A stretch of DNA of 64,000 nucleotides, taken from contig JBFMGK010000011.1 of the NCBI GenBank assembly GCA_040752575.1, positions 2,580 to 66,579 of the forward strand. The letters are read 5' to 3'. This document shows, piece by piece, positions 1 through 9,496 of the stretch (the stretch's first letter is position 1; each line of letters begins with the position of its first letter). The DNA comes from Candidatus Bipolaricaulota bacterium (GTDB lineage: Bacteria; Bipolaricaulota; Bipolaricaulia; UBA7950; UBA9294). Under the pieces are notes generated by a model. It made no database searches. It saw only the letters and a program-made list of their open reading frames with translations, and had not been told where the DNA came from. A program made the position numbers and the translations under genes.

Positions 1-140
1 TGAAGGGGTTCGTCGTCCCCGGGTCTCCCGAGGTGGAGCAAGGGATCTGCATTTCCCTCGGCGTAGCCTTCGGATCGTCCGGACAACGATGGATGGAGCT
101 CGTGTCCGTCGGGGCCGACCTCTACTGGAGCGAGAACTAA
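1..140 (+). CDS. 3' end of a gene truncated by the window edge (...VSVGADLYWSEN*), product unknown
   Basis: Open frame from position 3 to TAA 138-140, followed by non-coding sequence. Confidence 0.5.
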   Translation, partial: KGFVVPGSPEVEQGICISLGVAFGSSGQRWMELVSVGADLYWSEN

Positions 141-377
141 CAGGCGGCTGTACTGGACGGATAGAATGGGGGGGAGTGCCACGTCGCCCGATCTCGTCGA
201 ACGCGCGCCGGGAGCTGAGACGGGCGCGCGGGCATGGGCGGCGCGGGCGCTGAGCTACCCCTGCGCGTGTTGGCGATCGTCGCGAAGATGCGCTAGAGGC
301 GAGATCTGAGGAATGCGTTCAGAGGCAGGCTCGGCAAGCCTGAAGCCGAGCGGGAGAGAGGAGGCTGGAGCCAAGAG

Positions 378-1262
378 ATGCTGAGCCGAGATGAGACCAA
401 AGCCATGGCGGCGATCCCGGTGGCTCTCGCGGTGGCTGCTGCGGTTGCCTGGGCAGGAAGCGCGGGAGGAAGAACGATTCTTGGGTTTCCTGTCTTTGCC
501 GTGCTCTTCGCCATGGCCTTTCTGATCCAGTGGGTGGTCTTCGTGCCGTCCTTCCTGCTTCGCAGCGAGCGCTTCTTCGACGTCACGGGGAGTCTGACGT
601 ACGTCTCGGTGATGGCTCTCGCGGTGGCGTGGAGTCCCCCCGTCGATGCGCGGTCCGCCCTGCTGCTGGCGCTGGTTGTCGTCTGGGCGGCAAGGCTTGG
701 GACGTTTCTCTTGCGCCGCGTGCGCCGCGCGGGCAAGGACGCGCGCTTCGACCAGATCAAAGGTTCCTTCTGGCGGCTCCTGCTGACCTGGACGCTCCAG
801 GGCCTCTGGGTGTCGCTGACGCTGGCTGCCGGGACGGCGGCGATCACGGCGGGGACGCGTCGGCCGCTAGGGATTCCGGAAGCCCTGGGCTTGGGGGTTT
901 GGCTGATCGGCTTCGGCCTGGAAGCATTGGCCGACGAACAGAAGCGCAGGTTCCAGTTGGTCTCTGCGAACCGGGGCGAGTTCATCCGAACCGGGCTGTG
1001 GGGGAGATCGCGTCATCCCAACTACCTGGGCGAGATCCTCCTCTGGACGGGCGTGGCCGCCATCTCCGCCCCCGTCCTGCGGGGATGGCAGTGGGTCACG
1101 ATGGTCTCTCCGGCCTTTGTCGCTCTTCTGCTGACGCGGATCAGCGGGATTCCCATTCTCGAGAAGCGCGCCGACAAGAAGTGGGGCGGGCGCGAGGATT
1201 ACGAGACCTACAAACGCAACACGCCCGTGCTCCTTCCTCGCCTCTGGAAGCGACAAGGCTAG
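378..1262 (+). CDS. DUF1295 / steroid 5-alpha-reductase-like membrane protein
   Basis: Multiple TM segments; motifs FFDVTGS, GKDARF, WTLQGLWV, EALADEQK, GLWGRSRHPNYLGEILLW. Confidence 0.85.
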   Translation: MLSRDETKAMAAIPVALAVAAAVAWAGSAGGRTILGFPVFAVLFAMAFLIQWVVFVPSFLLRSERFFDVTGSLTYVSVMALAVAWSPPVDARSALLLALVVVWAARLGTFLLRRVRRAGKDARFDQIKGSFWRLLLTWTLQGLWVSLTLAAGTAAITAGTRRPLGIPEALGLGVWLIGFGLEALADEQKRRFQLVSANRGEFIRTGLWGRSRHPNYLGEILLWTGVAAISAPVLRGWQWVTMVSPAFVALLLTRISGIPILEKRADKKWGGREDYETYKRNTPVLLPRLWKRQG

Positions 1263-1353
1263 ATCCGGGTCGGATCGCCCAGACGAGCACGCACGGGCCC
1301 ATGCTTCAGGCGCCCGCGAACGAGTCCACTAGAGCGTTCGCGCTGGAACAGGC

Positions 1354-1866
1354 CTAGTGGCTCTCCTGCCCCAAGGCCTGCAAGTGCGCGATGCTCTGCT
1401 CGACGACCGACGGGGGAAGACGCAGGGTCGCGACGCCGACGCTGCAATCAAGGCCGAGTAGCCTGCCCAGGCAGCGGAACGACCGGCCGCCGATCCAGAC
1501 GTACACGTAGGCCAGATCGATTCCCACGGTGAAGGCCCCCTCCTCTTGGACCGGGTGGAAGGTCCACAGCTCGTCCGGCACGGGGAAGTCGGCTGCAGAG
1601 TAGGTGCTGTCCGACGTGTACAGCACGCTTGCCGAGACGATGAGCTCAAATAGGCCGGGGGCGGAGGTCGCTGCGATCTGCGCTCCGCTGACCTGCCACA
1701 GTTGAACCTCATCGCGATCCGCCCGTGAGCAGAACGACACGATGAGCGAAGGCGCCGTGAGGCTGCTCGCGGCGGCCTCACAGACAGACAGCGAATTCCA
1801 CTGGAGTTGATCGCCCAGACAGGATCCTGTGAGGACGGCGACGATCAGGCAGCCGAAGAGCGCCAT
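1354..1866 (-). CDS. Hypothetical exported/lipoprotein
   Basis: Hydrophobic N-terminus MALFGCLIVAVLTGSC followed by globular sequence; start uncertain (1866 or 1911). Confidence 0.5.
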   Translation of the reverse strand: MALFGCLIVAVLTGSCLGDQLQWNSLSVCEAAASSLTAPSLIVSFCSRADRDEVQLWQVSGAQIAATSAPGLFELIVSASVLYTSDSTYSAADFPVPDELWTFHPVQEEGAFTVGIDLAYVYVWIGGRSFRCLGRLLGLDCSVGVATLRLPPSVVEQSIAHLQALGQESH

Positions 1867-2142
1867 GCGTTTCACGTGGAGCGGCCGTCGGTACGGTATG
1901 GGGGTTCTCATAGAGCCAGCATGGACCTGGAGAGGTCTGCCTGCCATCCCGCCGGGGATCGGGAGACGCGAAGCGTGTCCGCTCTGTGCGGCGGTCGCTT
2001 GGCCACACGCCTGTCCCTCTGCCTCCGTTTGCAGCTCGCCTGCCGGGGGAGGCGCAGCCGAGCCAGCACACGATCGAGTTCGCCGCCTGCGAGGGTCAGG
2101 AGGACTCAGGGGAGACGCATCGGCAGTCGCTCTCGCCACGTA

Positions 2143-2796
2143 TCAGTAGGGATACTGCATCTGGGTTCCGAACCCCTCCTTGGAGGCGCAGTTGTCCCAG
2201 ACCTCGCGCAGCGTGAACACGTAGGCCGGGTACTTGAGCCAACGATCGAGGTCCGGCCGGTGATACACGTCGTGCTGGGCGTTGATGAACTGCTGATAGA
2301 TCTCTCGCTTGCCGGACGCCGTCTGATCGAAGATCTCGATCGTGCCTCGGAGTTCGTAGGACACCATTGGGGGCTGATAGTAGATCAGCGTGGCCTCGGG
2401 ATTCGCCCGGTAGTTGTTCCAGCTATGCTTCTTGGCCATCTCCAAGCTGCCAAGGCGCGTCAGATCGATTCGATCCTGCACTTCGGGTCTGTAGAGGTGC
2501 TTAACGAGCAGGGCCAAGCCGCGCTGGCTGTACGCTTGGTCGTCTCCGTCGTAGCTCTTGATGTGCTGCATGTACGCGTCAAGCGTCTCCTCCAGATACT
2601 CGGGCTTCGGTAGGAAGCCGACCCCCTTGATGCTGCCGTTGAGTCCGTCGGGGCCGTGGGAGATGAAGGCCGGATTGTGAGAGCAGAAACTCAGGAAGAC
2701 CTTCTCCCGGCTCATCTCCTCCCCTTCGTGGAGCTTGATGACCGTCTGCGCTCTCGACCGAAACGCCCAGTTGAAGAATGCCTCGGCTGACTTCAT
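2143..2796 (-). CDS. Pyridoxamine 5'-phosphate oxidase-like FMN-binding split-barrel protein
   Basis: SHNPAFIS...NGSIKGVGF, KHSWNNYRANPEATLIYYQPPMVSYELRG pattern; GGAGG RBS upstream. Confidence 0.6.
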   Translation of the reverse strand: MKSAEAFFNWAFRSRAQTVIKLHEGEEMSREKVFLSFCSHNPAFISHGPDGLNGSIKGVGFLPKPEYLEETLDAYMQHIKSYDGDDQAYSQRGLALLVKHLYRPEVQDRIDLTRLGSLEMAKKHSWNNYRANPEATLIYYQPPMVSYELRGTIEIFDQTASGKREIYQQFINAQHDVYHRPDLDRWLKYPAYVFTLREVWDNCASKEGFGTQMQYPY

Positions 2797-2963
2797 GACG
2801 ACCCCTCCAGATGGTAAGGACTTCGTGCGATCCTAGCGTGCCCCCGAAGTTCCGTCAACGGCGACAGCGCGGTCCCGGAGTTCGCTCTTCCAAATGGAGT
2901 TGAGCCTGGGCTACCGAAGAGCGCCGCAGGACTGCATCGGATCGGCGGTGATCCGGGAGCGTC

Positions 2964-2992
2964 TTGACATGCCATGAGACGGGCTGTAGTTT
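2964..2992 (+). promoter_or_regulatory. Sigma70-type promoter TTGACA-N17-TAGTTT
   Basis: Consensus -35, 17-bp spacer, TAnnnT -10, 74 nt upstream of ATG 3067 with GAGGAGG RBS. Confidence 0.75.
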
Positions 2993-3066
2993 GAGCACGA
3001 GGGACGTGGAGCCTGACGCGTTCCGCGCGAAACAGGCCATCCAGGTTGGACTAGAGGAGGCTCGGT

Positions 3067-4407
3067 ATGTGTCGGAAGTTGGGAGCATGCATTGTGGTGT
3101 TGTTGATGTTCCTAGCACTCGCTGGCGTGGCCGCACTCGGCGCCGGGCGCTATGAGGCGATCGCGGGAGACTACCAGATCGACATCACGAACCTTGGGAT
3201 GCCGCTCATCTTCTACCTGCGGATTGACGCGGACGGGGCCTTCATGCTCGCCCCGAATACGGGTTTCGATCCCGTCGAGAGTCGCGGCGAGGGAGTGCTT
3301 GCCGAGAGTGGCGGCGTCTACATGATGATCTACAAGGAGCACACGTCCGACAATCCCAAGACGGCGACCTTCGTGCTCGACGGGCCGAACCTGGTGTTTC
3401 AATCGCGGCTTCCCTATGGCGCGAGCAACATCCTAAACAGCGCCGAGGATCCGGACGATCCGACGATTGTCTACCTCCTGACCGCGGACACGCTGGTGCT
3501 CGCGGAGTATTTCGGCACCTACGTCGGCTCCCACTCCACGCAGGCCATGGGGGCCACCGTCGAGTACGTGTACACGCTCGAGCTGAAGGCCGGGCTGCGC
3601 TATGCGTTCGTGAGCGAATTCGCCATGGGCGGCACCGACTACAGCTATGCCGAGAACGGTACCTGGAGTGTGGCCGACGGCAAGCTGACGCTTGATCCCG
3701 CCGACGAGGACCCCGTCGAGGGGACCATCAGCGCTGAAGGCGAGATCACCGTCGCGATCCGCCCGTCCGCTATGGCACCGATGAGGGCCGACCGCATTCT
3801 GCGCATCGCAACCCATGCCGAGGTGGCAGGCACCTACGTTGGCGAGAAGTCCTCGCCCATGTACACGGTGAAGTCGACGCTGGACCTGGACATGTTCGGC
3901 AACTACCACTACAGCGCCGATGTCGGAATGCCCGACAAGTACGAAGAGACGGGGGCGTACGATGTGGTCGACGGCACCGTCACCTTGGCCCCTGAAGGCG
4001 GGGCGGCGTACATGGCGATGTTAGCGAATCTGGTCGTGACGGGACGCTTCCGAATCATCGGCTCGATGCCGGCGACGGACCTCGTTATGTACAGCTCGAC
4101 GATTCAGGGAACGTTCGCCGGTACGGCGACAAACGAGGAGATCGAGTACACCGCTCGCCTCACGCTGAGCCCGGGTGGCACGTATGCGCTGCAGGTGACG
4201 GACGGCACGGAGCAAGTGATCGTCGACTCGGCGGGTAGCTTCGAGATGCGGCGCGGCATGACGCTCATGGTCGTCCTCGCCGGTATGGACCCGGCGCCGA
4301 CGTGTTCCGTCAGCGCCGAGGAGCTGAACCTGTCCATCGTGCTTCCGGGCGTCACCGTGACCTCGGGGATGGGCGGCGGTCTGGGCTTCACGCTCCGGAG
4401 AGAGTGA
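3067..4407 (+). CDS. Secreted protein with four lipocalin-like beta-rich repeats
   Basis: Signal peptide; repeated G-[TD]-[YF]-x starts (AGDYQ, FGTYVG, AGTYVG, QGTFAG); strong RBS. Confidence 0.75.
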   Translation: MCRKLGACIVVLLMFLALAGVAALGAGRYEAIAGDYQIDITNLGMPLIFYLRIDADGAFMLAPNTGFDPVESRGEGVLAESGGVYMMIYKEHTSDNPKTATFVLDGPNLVFQSRLPYGASNILNSAEDPDDPTIVYLLTADTLVLAEYFGTYVGSHSTQAMGATVEYVYTLELKAGLRYAFVSEFAMGGTDYSYAENGTWSVADGKLTLDPADEDPVEGTISAEGEITVAIRPSAMAPMRADRILRIATHAEVAGTYVGEKSSPMYTVKSTLDLDMFGNYHYSADVGMPDKYEETGAYDVVDGTVTLAPEGGAAYMAMLANLVVTGRFRIIGSMPATDLVMYSSTIQGTFAGTATNEEIEYTARLTLSPGGTYALQVTDGTEQVIVDSAGSFEMRRGMTLMVVLAGMDPAPTCSVSAEELNLSIVLPGVTVTSGMGGGLGFTLRRE

Positions 4408-4519
4408 CGCCGTGAGGTGTCGATAGGGCTCGTTTAACGCGCCGCCAGGCTTGGCTTGTGCTCGGCCTGGCGGTGCACGTCGTTCGACGATGGAGCGAGA
4501 TACGTAGCCGGGAGCGGAG

Positions 4520-6484
4520 ATGCCCAGAGCGCGGGGGATTACGATCGCGTGTCTTGTGCTGCTGACGGGCGCAGCGTTGCTCCAAACGGGCTGCCAGAAG
4601 ACCGAGTATCTCCGCCGTACCGACTCGACGAACACCCTCTACGTGGGCGTCGTCGAGTCGTCGTTTCCCGTGGCGTTCATGCCTTGGCTCTCCCGCGATG
4701 GAATCGCTCCGACCATCGCCAGCATGCTCTACAGCACGCTGTTCTCCTACGATGACGAGACCGGCGGATTCCTCCCGGGTCTCGCGCGGGACTGGTGCTA
4801 CGTCGATGCGCAGGGGGCGCCGATCGTCACCGAATCAGGCGGCATCGATTACGCGCGGGTCGAGACCGAGGGAGTGAAAGTTCTGCGGAATCCGCAGACG
4901 GGGAAGAACGAACGGTATTTGACGGTCCGCATCGAACTCGACCCCCATGCCCGGTGGAGTGACGGGCATCCGGTCACCGCAGAAGACGTCTACTACACGT
5001 TCGACATCGCGAGGAACAACTACCTCTCCAACCATGCCGGCGCGCTCGCGTGGACGGCCGACCTGTTGCACCTGTACTCGAACACGGGCCAGCTTCAGCT
5101 GCAGGGAGTCTTCACCTACAACCACGGTGCAGCCGATCTGGGATACCCCATCGCCGAGGCGGAGCGAGACCTGGTGGTCTACGTTCACGTTCGCGGCGTC
5201 CTGGGGGCGGTCACCAGCCTGTTCACGACGATTCTCATCCTTCCCCACCACCTCTGGGAGCCCGTCGTGAGCCGCCAGAACCAACTGAACAGCCGGAGCC
5301 CGGATGCCCACATGCAGCACCTCTATCAGAACCCGGTCGGCAGCGGCCCGTACGTCCTCGATGCTGCGGCTTCAGGGCCTTCGCAGATCGTCCTCCGGCG
5401 CAACGAGCTCTATCACCAGACCCGAGAAGACTCCAGCCCGCTCTACACCGTCGAGACCCTGCGCCTGGTGCTGTATCAGGAAATCAACGTGGCCATCTAT
5501 GCCGTCATGCAGGGCCACATCGACATGCTCAGCGCCGGCTTGAGCCCGAATTACGTGAAGCTGTTCGAAGGTCGTGACGACCTGTTCCTGTCGATCGCCG
5601 AGGGCGTGTTTACCCAGACCTTGGTGTTCAACGTCAACCCCGTCGCCTCGGAGCAAACCCCCTTGCGAAGGTTGCTGTCCGATGCGCGAGTGCGAAGGGC
5701 CATTGCGCTGGCGATCGACACGGACATGCTCATTCGCCTGGTCGCCAATGGTGCGGCGACGCGCATGAGCGCCGGTCTGATTGCCGAGAGCTTGACCGAC
5801 TTCTGCAATCCGAGCGCCGACATTCTTCACGGGGAGCACGCGGCCCGCCTGGAGGAAGCCAATGACCTCTTGGATCAGGTCGCGCCGCAGAGAGACGCTC
5901 AAGGATATCGCCTCCTCGAGGGAGAGCGCGTTACGTTCAACGTGTTGGGGCATCCCGGAGAGATGGAACTGGTCGCGTTCCTCGAGATCCAGCTCCAGAA
6001 GATCGGCATCAAGATCCGCTACCAGGCCAAGGGCAACTCGCCCGAGACGACGCACCTATGGACGAGCCGTTTCGACATGACCCTGCACGGGGTCATCTTC
6101 TCGCTCGCGAACGTCGACATCATGCTCAATGCCCACTTTGTCGCGCTGGGGCGCACGTCGAACTACGGCCGCCTGATCGAGCCGGAGCTGGCCGCCGCGA
6201 TCGAGGAGATGAGGTCCACCCTGAATCTCCACCGCAAGTTCGCGTTGCTGTACGACCTGCAGCCGGTGATCGCCGGGCTGTTCTACAAAGTCCCTCTTTA
6301 CACGCCGCAGATCATCTCCATCGCCCGGACAGATCGATACACCGGCTATGAAGTCGTCCCGGGCGAGGTCGTATTCAACTCGACCAACCTGCAGCGGATC
6401 CAGCGCGTAGAGTCTCCAGGCGACGCGGAGCCGTCGGCGGACGATGGCGCGGTGTCGCGGTGCGAACCGGGAGAGAGACAATGA
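4520..6484 (+). CDS. ABC transporter substrate-binding lipoprotein, family 5 (OppA/DppA-like)
   Basis: Lipobox LQTGC; ARWSDGHPVTAEDVYYTF; NPVGSGPY; VRRAIALAID. Confidence 0.9.
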   Translation: MPRARGITIACLVLLTGAALLQTGCQKTEYLRRTDSTNTLYVGVVESSFPVAFMPWLSRDGIAPTIASMLYSTLFSYDDETGGFLPGLARDWCYVDAQGAPIVTESGGIDYARVETEGVKVLRNPQTGKNERYLTVRIELDPHARWSDGHPVTAEDVYYTFDIARNNYLSNHAGALAWTADLLHLYSNTGQLQLQGVFTYNHGAADLGYPIAEAERDLVVYVHVRGVLGAVTSLFTTILILPHHLWEPVVSRQNQLNSRSPDAHMQHLYQNPVGSGPYVLDAAASGPSQIVLRRNELYHQTREDSSPLYTVETLRLVLYQEINVAIYAVMQGHIDMLSAGLSPNYVKLFEGRDDLFLSIAEGVFTQTLVFNVNPVASEQTPLRRLLSDARVRRAIALAIDTDMLIRLVANGAATRMSAGLIAESLTDFCNPSADILHGEHAARLEEANDLLDQVAPQRDAQGYRLLEGERVTFNVLGHPGEMELVAFLEIQLQKIGIKIRYQAKGNSPETTHLWTSRFDMTLHGVIFSLANVDIMLNAHFVALGRTSNYGRLIEPELAAAIEEMRSTLNLHRKFALLYDLQPVIAGLFYKVPLYTPQIISIARTDRYTGYEVVPGEVVFNSTNLQRIQRVESPGDAEPSADDGAVSRCEPGERQ

Positions 6485-7479
6485 AGAGAAGCTATGTTAT
6501 CAAACGGGTGCTGTATGCCCTATTCATCTTCGTTGTCGTGTTGACGCTCAACTTCTTCATCCCGCGCCTGGGCGTGGGGGATCCCGCCGAGCGCTACTAC
6601 CCTCCCAAGGGTGCGATGTCCGACATCGAGTACGAGATCATCAAGCAGTTCACCCGCGAGCAATATGGGTTCGACGTTTCGACGTTCCAGCAGTACATCC
6701 GCTATGTCCAGGGTTTGTTCCGTTTTGACTTGGGCACGTCGCTGCGGTCCGGTTCGCCCAAGGTGGTCGAGCTGATCGGGAAGCGACTTCCCTGGACGCT
6801 CGTGCTGTCGGTGACCACGCTTCTCATCAGCTTGGTCATCGGCCTGTCGTTCGGCACGTTGGCTGCCTGGAAGCGCGGGCGATGGCAGGATTCCGTCCTG
6901 CTCAATGCCTCAACGATCAGCGTGGCCCTACCCGGATTCTTCATCGCTTTGATGATGTCGTTCTATCTCGGCTTTGAGCTAGAGCTATTCCCTGCGTACA
7001 CGAACCCCAACATGGTTGCCGACTTCGACTGGAGCAAAGAGGCGATCATGGTCGTGCTGAACAATGCCGCCTTGCCCATCATGAGCATGGCTCTCGGGGG
7101 CATCGTCGGGTACTCGCAGAGCACCCGGAACAGCGTGATCGCCGTCACCAATGAGGACTTCGTGATCACCGCGCGGGCCAAAGGATTGAGCGAAACGACG
7201 GTCTTGTACAAGCACGTCTTGCGCAACGCCCTGCTGCCCCTCACAACCTCGATTGGGATGAGCGTCAGCGGCCTCATCGGCGGGGCGATCATCATCGAGC
7301 AGGTTTTCAACTGGCAGGGCATGGGAACGCTGTTCCTCGAAGCGAACAGCACCAATGACTATCCGCTCATGATGGGCATCATGCTTTTCCTCTCTGCGTT
7401 TGCGATTCTCGCGAATCTCGTCACGGAGCTGTTCTACGTGGTTCTCGATCCTCGCGTCACCGTGGGGGAGAAACGATGA
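6481..7479 (+). CDS. Peptide ABC permease (OppB/DppB-like)
   Basis: FDLGTS, LPWTLVL, EAA loop EDFVITARAKGLS...KHVLRNAL; ATGA-type coupling. Confidence 0.92.
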   Translation: MKRSYVIKRVLYALFIFVVVLTLNFFIPRLGVGDPAERYYPPKGAMSDIEYEIIKQFTREQYGFDVSTFQQYIRYVQGLFRFDLGTSLRSGSPKVVELIGKRLPWTLVLSVTTLLISLVIGLSFGTLAAWKRGRWQDSVLLNASTISVALPGFFIALMMSFYLGFELELFPAYTNPNMVADFDWSKEAIMVVLNNAALPIMSMALGGIVGYSQSTRNSVIAVTNEDFVITARAKGLSETTVLYKHVLRNALLPLTTSIGMSVSGLIGGAIIIEQVFNWQGMGTLFLEANSTNDYPLMMGIMLFLSAFAILANLVTELFYVVLDPRVTVGEKR

Positions 7480-8507
7480 CCGGACGCAACGTGCTCCTCC
7501 AGGTGGCGCAAAGGGGCGGCTCGTTCCTCGGTTTCGTGAGGAAGCTCTGGCAGCATCCCAAGGGACGGGTGGGGTTGATCATGGCTGGCTTCCTCGTCCT
7601 TGTGGCCGTGCTTGCGCCGGTGCTTGCACCGTACGACCCCTACGACGTCACCCAACGGGCGGCCAAAGGGCTTCGCCCGAGTTGGGCACATCCGCTTGGG
7701 ACGACGATTACCACCGGACAGGACATCCTGAGCATGCTGATCTACGGAGCGCGGGTGTCGCTGATGATCGGCATCGGGACGGGAATCGCGCTGGCCGCTC
7801 TCGGCGCCCTGCTGGGTGTCATGGCCGGGTACATGGGGGGGCTCGTCGACAGCCTGATCATGCGGATCGTTGACATCCTGCTCGTGATCCCGACGCTTCC
7901 GCTGATCATCGTGCTCACCAACTTCCTGGGGCGAAGCTACTTCGTGATTGTTCTGGTGTTCGTGCTCTTCGGATGGACCGGCCTCGCGCGGGTGATCCGG
8001 TCGCTCGTCCTCGTCCTGAAGAACAGCAACTACGTCAAGGCCGCCGAGCTCGCAGGAGCCAGCCGATGGCACATCATGACCAAGCACATCCTGCCGGGGA
8101 CCTCGCACCTGATCATCATGAACACGACCCTGACCTGTGCCGGCATCATGGTGGCCGAAGCCGGGCTGAGCTTCCTGGGCTTGGGGGACCCCACGGCGAT
8201 CAGCTGGGGCAAGATGCTTGCCGAAGCCCAGAGCGGAGGTGCGCTGCTATTCGGCGCCTGGTGGTGGATCATCGCGCCCGGCCTCGGCATCTTCCTTTCG
8301 GTTTTCGCCTTCATGCGCATCGGCTTGGTCATGGAAGAGGTGTTCAACCCCAGGATGAAGGCCTCGAGCAGCATCCATAAGCTCTTCAAACACCTGAACA
8401 ACAAGTACCTGGACGAGGTGTTCCAATCGATGGACGACGAGGCGGCCTGTGGACCGCCGGAACGCCTTGACGAGATCGATGCCTCGCAGGCCCGAGGGCT
8501 GCCATGA
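7476..8507 (+). CDS. Peptide ABC permease (OppC/DppC-like) with C-terminal extension
   Basis: HPLGT...GQDILSMLIYGARVSL, YVKAAELAGAS, EAGLSFLGLG, SWGKML. Confidence 0.92.
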   Translation: MTGRNVLLQVAQRGGSFLGFVRKLWQHPKGRVGLIMAGFLVLVAVLAPVLAPYDPYDVTQRAAKGLRPSWAHPLGTTITTGQDILSMLIYGARVSLMIGIGTGIALAALGALLGVMAGYMGGLVDSLIMRIVDILLVIPTLPLIIVLTNFLGRSYFVIVLVFVLFGWTGLARVIRSLVLVLKNSNYVKAAELAGASRWHIMTKHILPGTSHLIIMNTTLTCAGIMVAEAGLSFLGLGDPTAISWGKMLAEAQSGGALLFGAWWWIIAPGLGIFLSVFAFMRIGLVMEEVFNPRMKASSSIHKLFKHLNNKYLDEVFQSMDDEAACGPPERLDEIDASQARGLP

Positions 8508-9496
8508 CCGAAGCGATGCTCAACCTTCGGAACCTGAAGGTCGCTTTTCCCTGCCCGGCGGGGATGATCCGCGCGGTCGAGGGCATCGACCTATCGGTGA
8601 AGCGGGGCGAGTGCGTTGCGTTGGTTGGCGAGTCCGGGTGCGGGAAGAGCGTTACGGCCCTGGCCGTGATGAGGCTGCTCAGGACGCCCCCTTCGATCAG
8701 CCGCGTCGACAAGCTTGAGCTGGACGGCGTCGATCTCACCGATTGGACCGATCGACAGATGCGAGACCTTCGTGGCAAAGACATGGCGATGATCTTTCAG
8801 GATGCAATGACGGCGCTGAATCCCGTCATGACGGTCGGCAGGCAGATCGAAGAGGTGTACCAACGCCACACTCGGATGGCGAGAAGGGAAGCTCGGCGGG
8901 AGACGATTCGGGCTCTGGAGCTTGTCGGCGTTCCCGAGGCCCGCTCGCGGGTCAAGAGTTACGCGCACGAGCTGTCCGGCGGATTGCGGCAGCGGGTCCT
9001 GATCGCTTTGGCGTTTGCCTGCCTGCCGAAGCTGATCATCGCCGACGAGCCGACGACGGCTCTGGATGTCACGATCCAGGCACAGGTGCTGGATCTACTG
9101 AAGGCGATGCAGAAAGAGCATGGCGTCTCCACGCTGCTCATCACGCACGACCTGAGTGTCGTTGCGAACATGGCCGATACGGTCTACGTCATGTACTCCG
9201 GCAAGATCGTCGAGCGGGCTGCGGCGCGGGACGTTTTCCAGAAACCGCGCCATCCCTACACGCAGGGGCTCATGGCCTCGGTCCCGCGGCTGTCCGACAG
9301 GCGGCAGATGTTCGTTCAGATTCCGGACACCGTGCCGCATCCGATGCACAAACCCACCGGCTGCTACTTCCATCCTCGTTGTTCCCGCGCCGCGGACGAG
9401 TGTCGGCGGCGGATGCCTCGCCTGGAGACCCTGGAGAGCCATCGTGAGGTTCGCTGTTGGTTCCCGCTGTCCAATCCGCAGGAGGCAGGCTCATGA
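8504..9496 (+). CDS. Peptide ABC ATP-binding protein (OppD-like)
   Basis: Walker A GESGCGKS, LSGGLRQR, IIADEPTTALD, C-terminal Cys cluster GCYFHPRC. Confidence 0.95.
   Translation: MTEAMLNLRNLKVAFPCPAGMIRAVEGIDLSVKRGECVALVGESGCGKSVTALAVMRLLRTPPSISRVDKLELDGVDLTDWTDRQMRDLRGKDMAMIFQDAMTALNPVMTVGRQIEEVYQRHTRMARREARRETIRALELVGVPEARSRVKSYAHELSGGLRQRVLIALAFACLPKLIIADEPTTALDVTIQAQVLDLLKAMQKEHGVSTLLITHDLSVVANMADTVYVMYSGKIVERAAARDVFQKPRHPYTQGLMASVPRLSDRRQMFVQIPDTVPHPMHKPTGCYFHPRCSRAADECRRRMPRLETLESHREVRCWFPLSNPQEAGS

Noticed and set aside
3006-3014. GTGGAGCCT match to the tRNA-Ala 3' end as a distal att site
   Set aside because: Only 9 bp, expected by chance in 64 kb of GC-rich DNA; no integrase nearby.
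2895-3066. SAH or ZTP riboswitch (CCGAAGAGCGCCGC, AGGCTCGG, GCCTGGG fragments)
   Set aside because: The fragments are too far apart and straddle the promoter, so they cannot be in one transcript in the right order.
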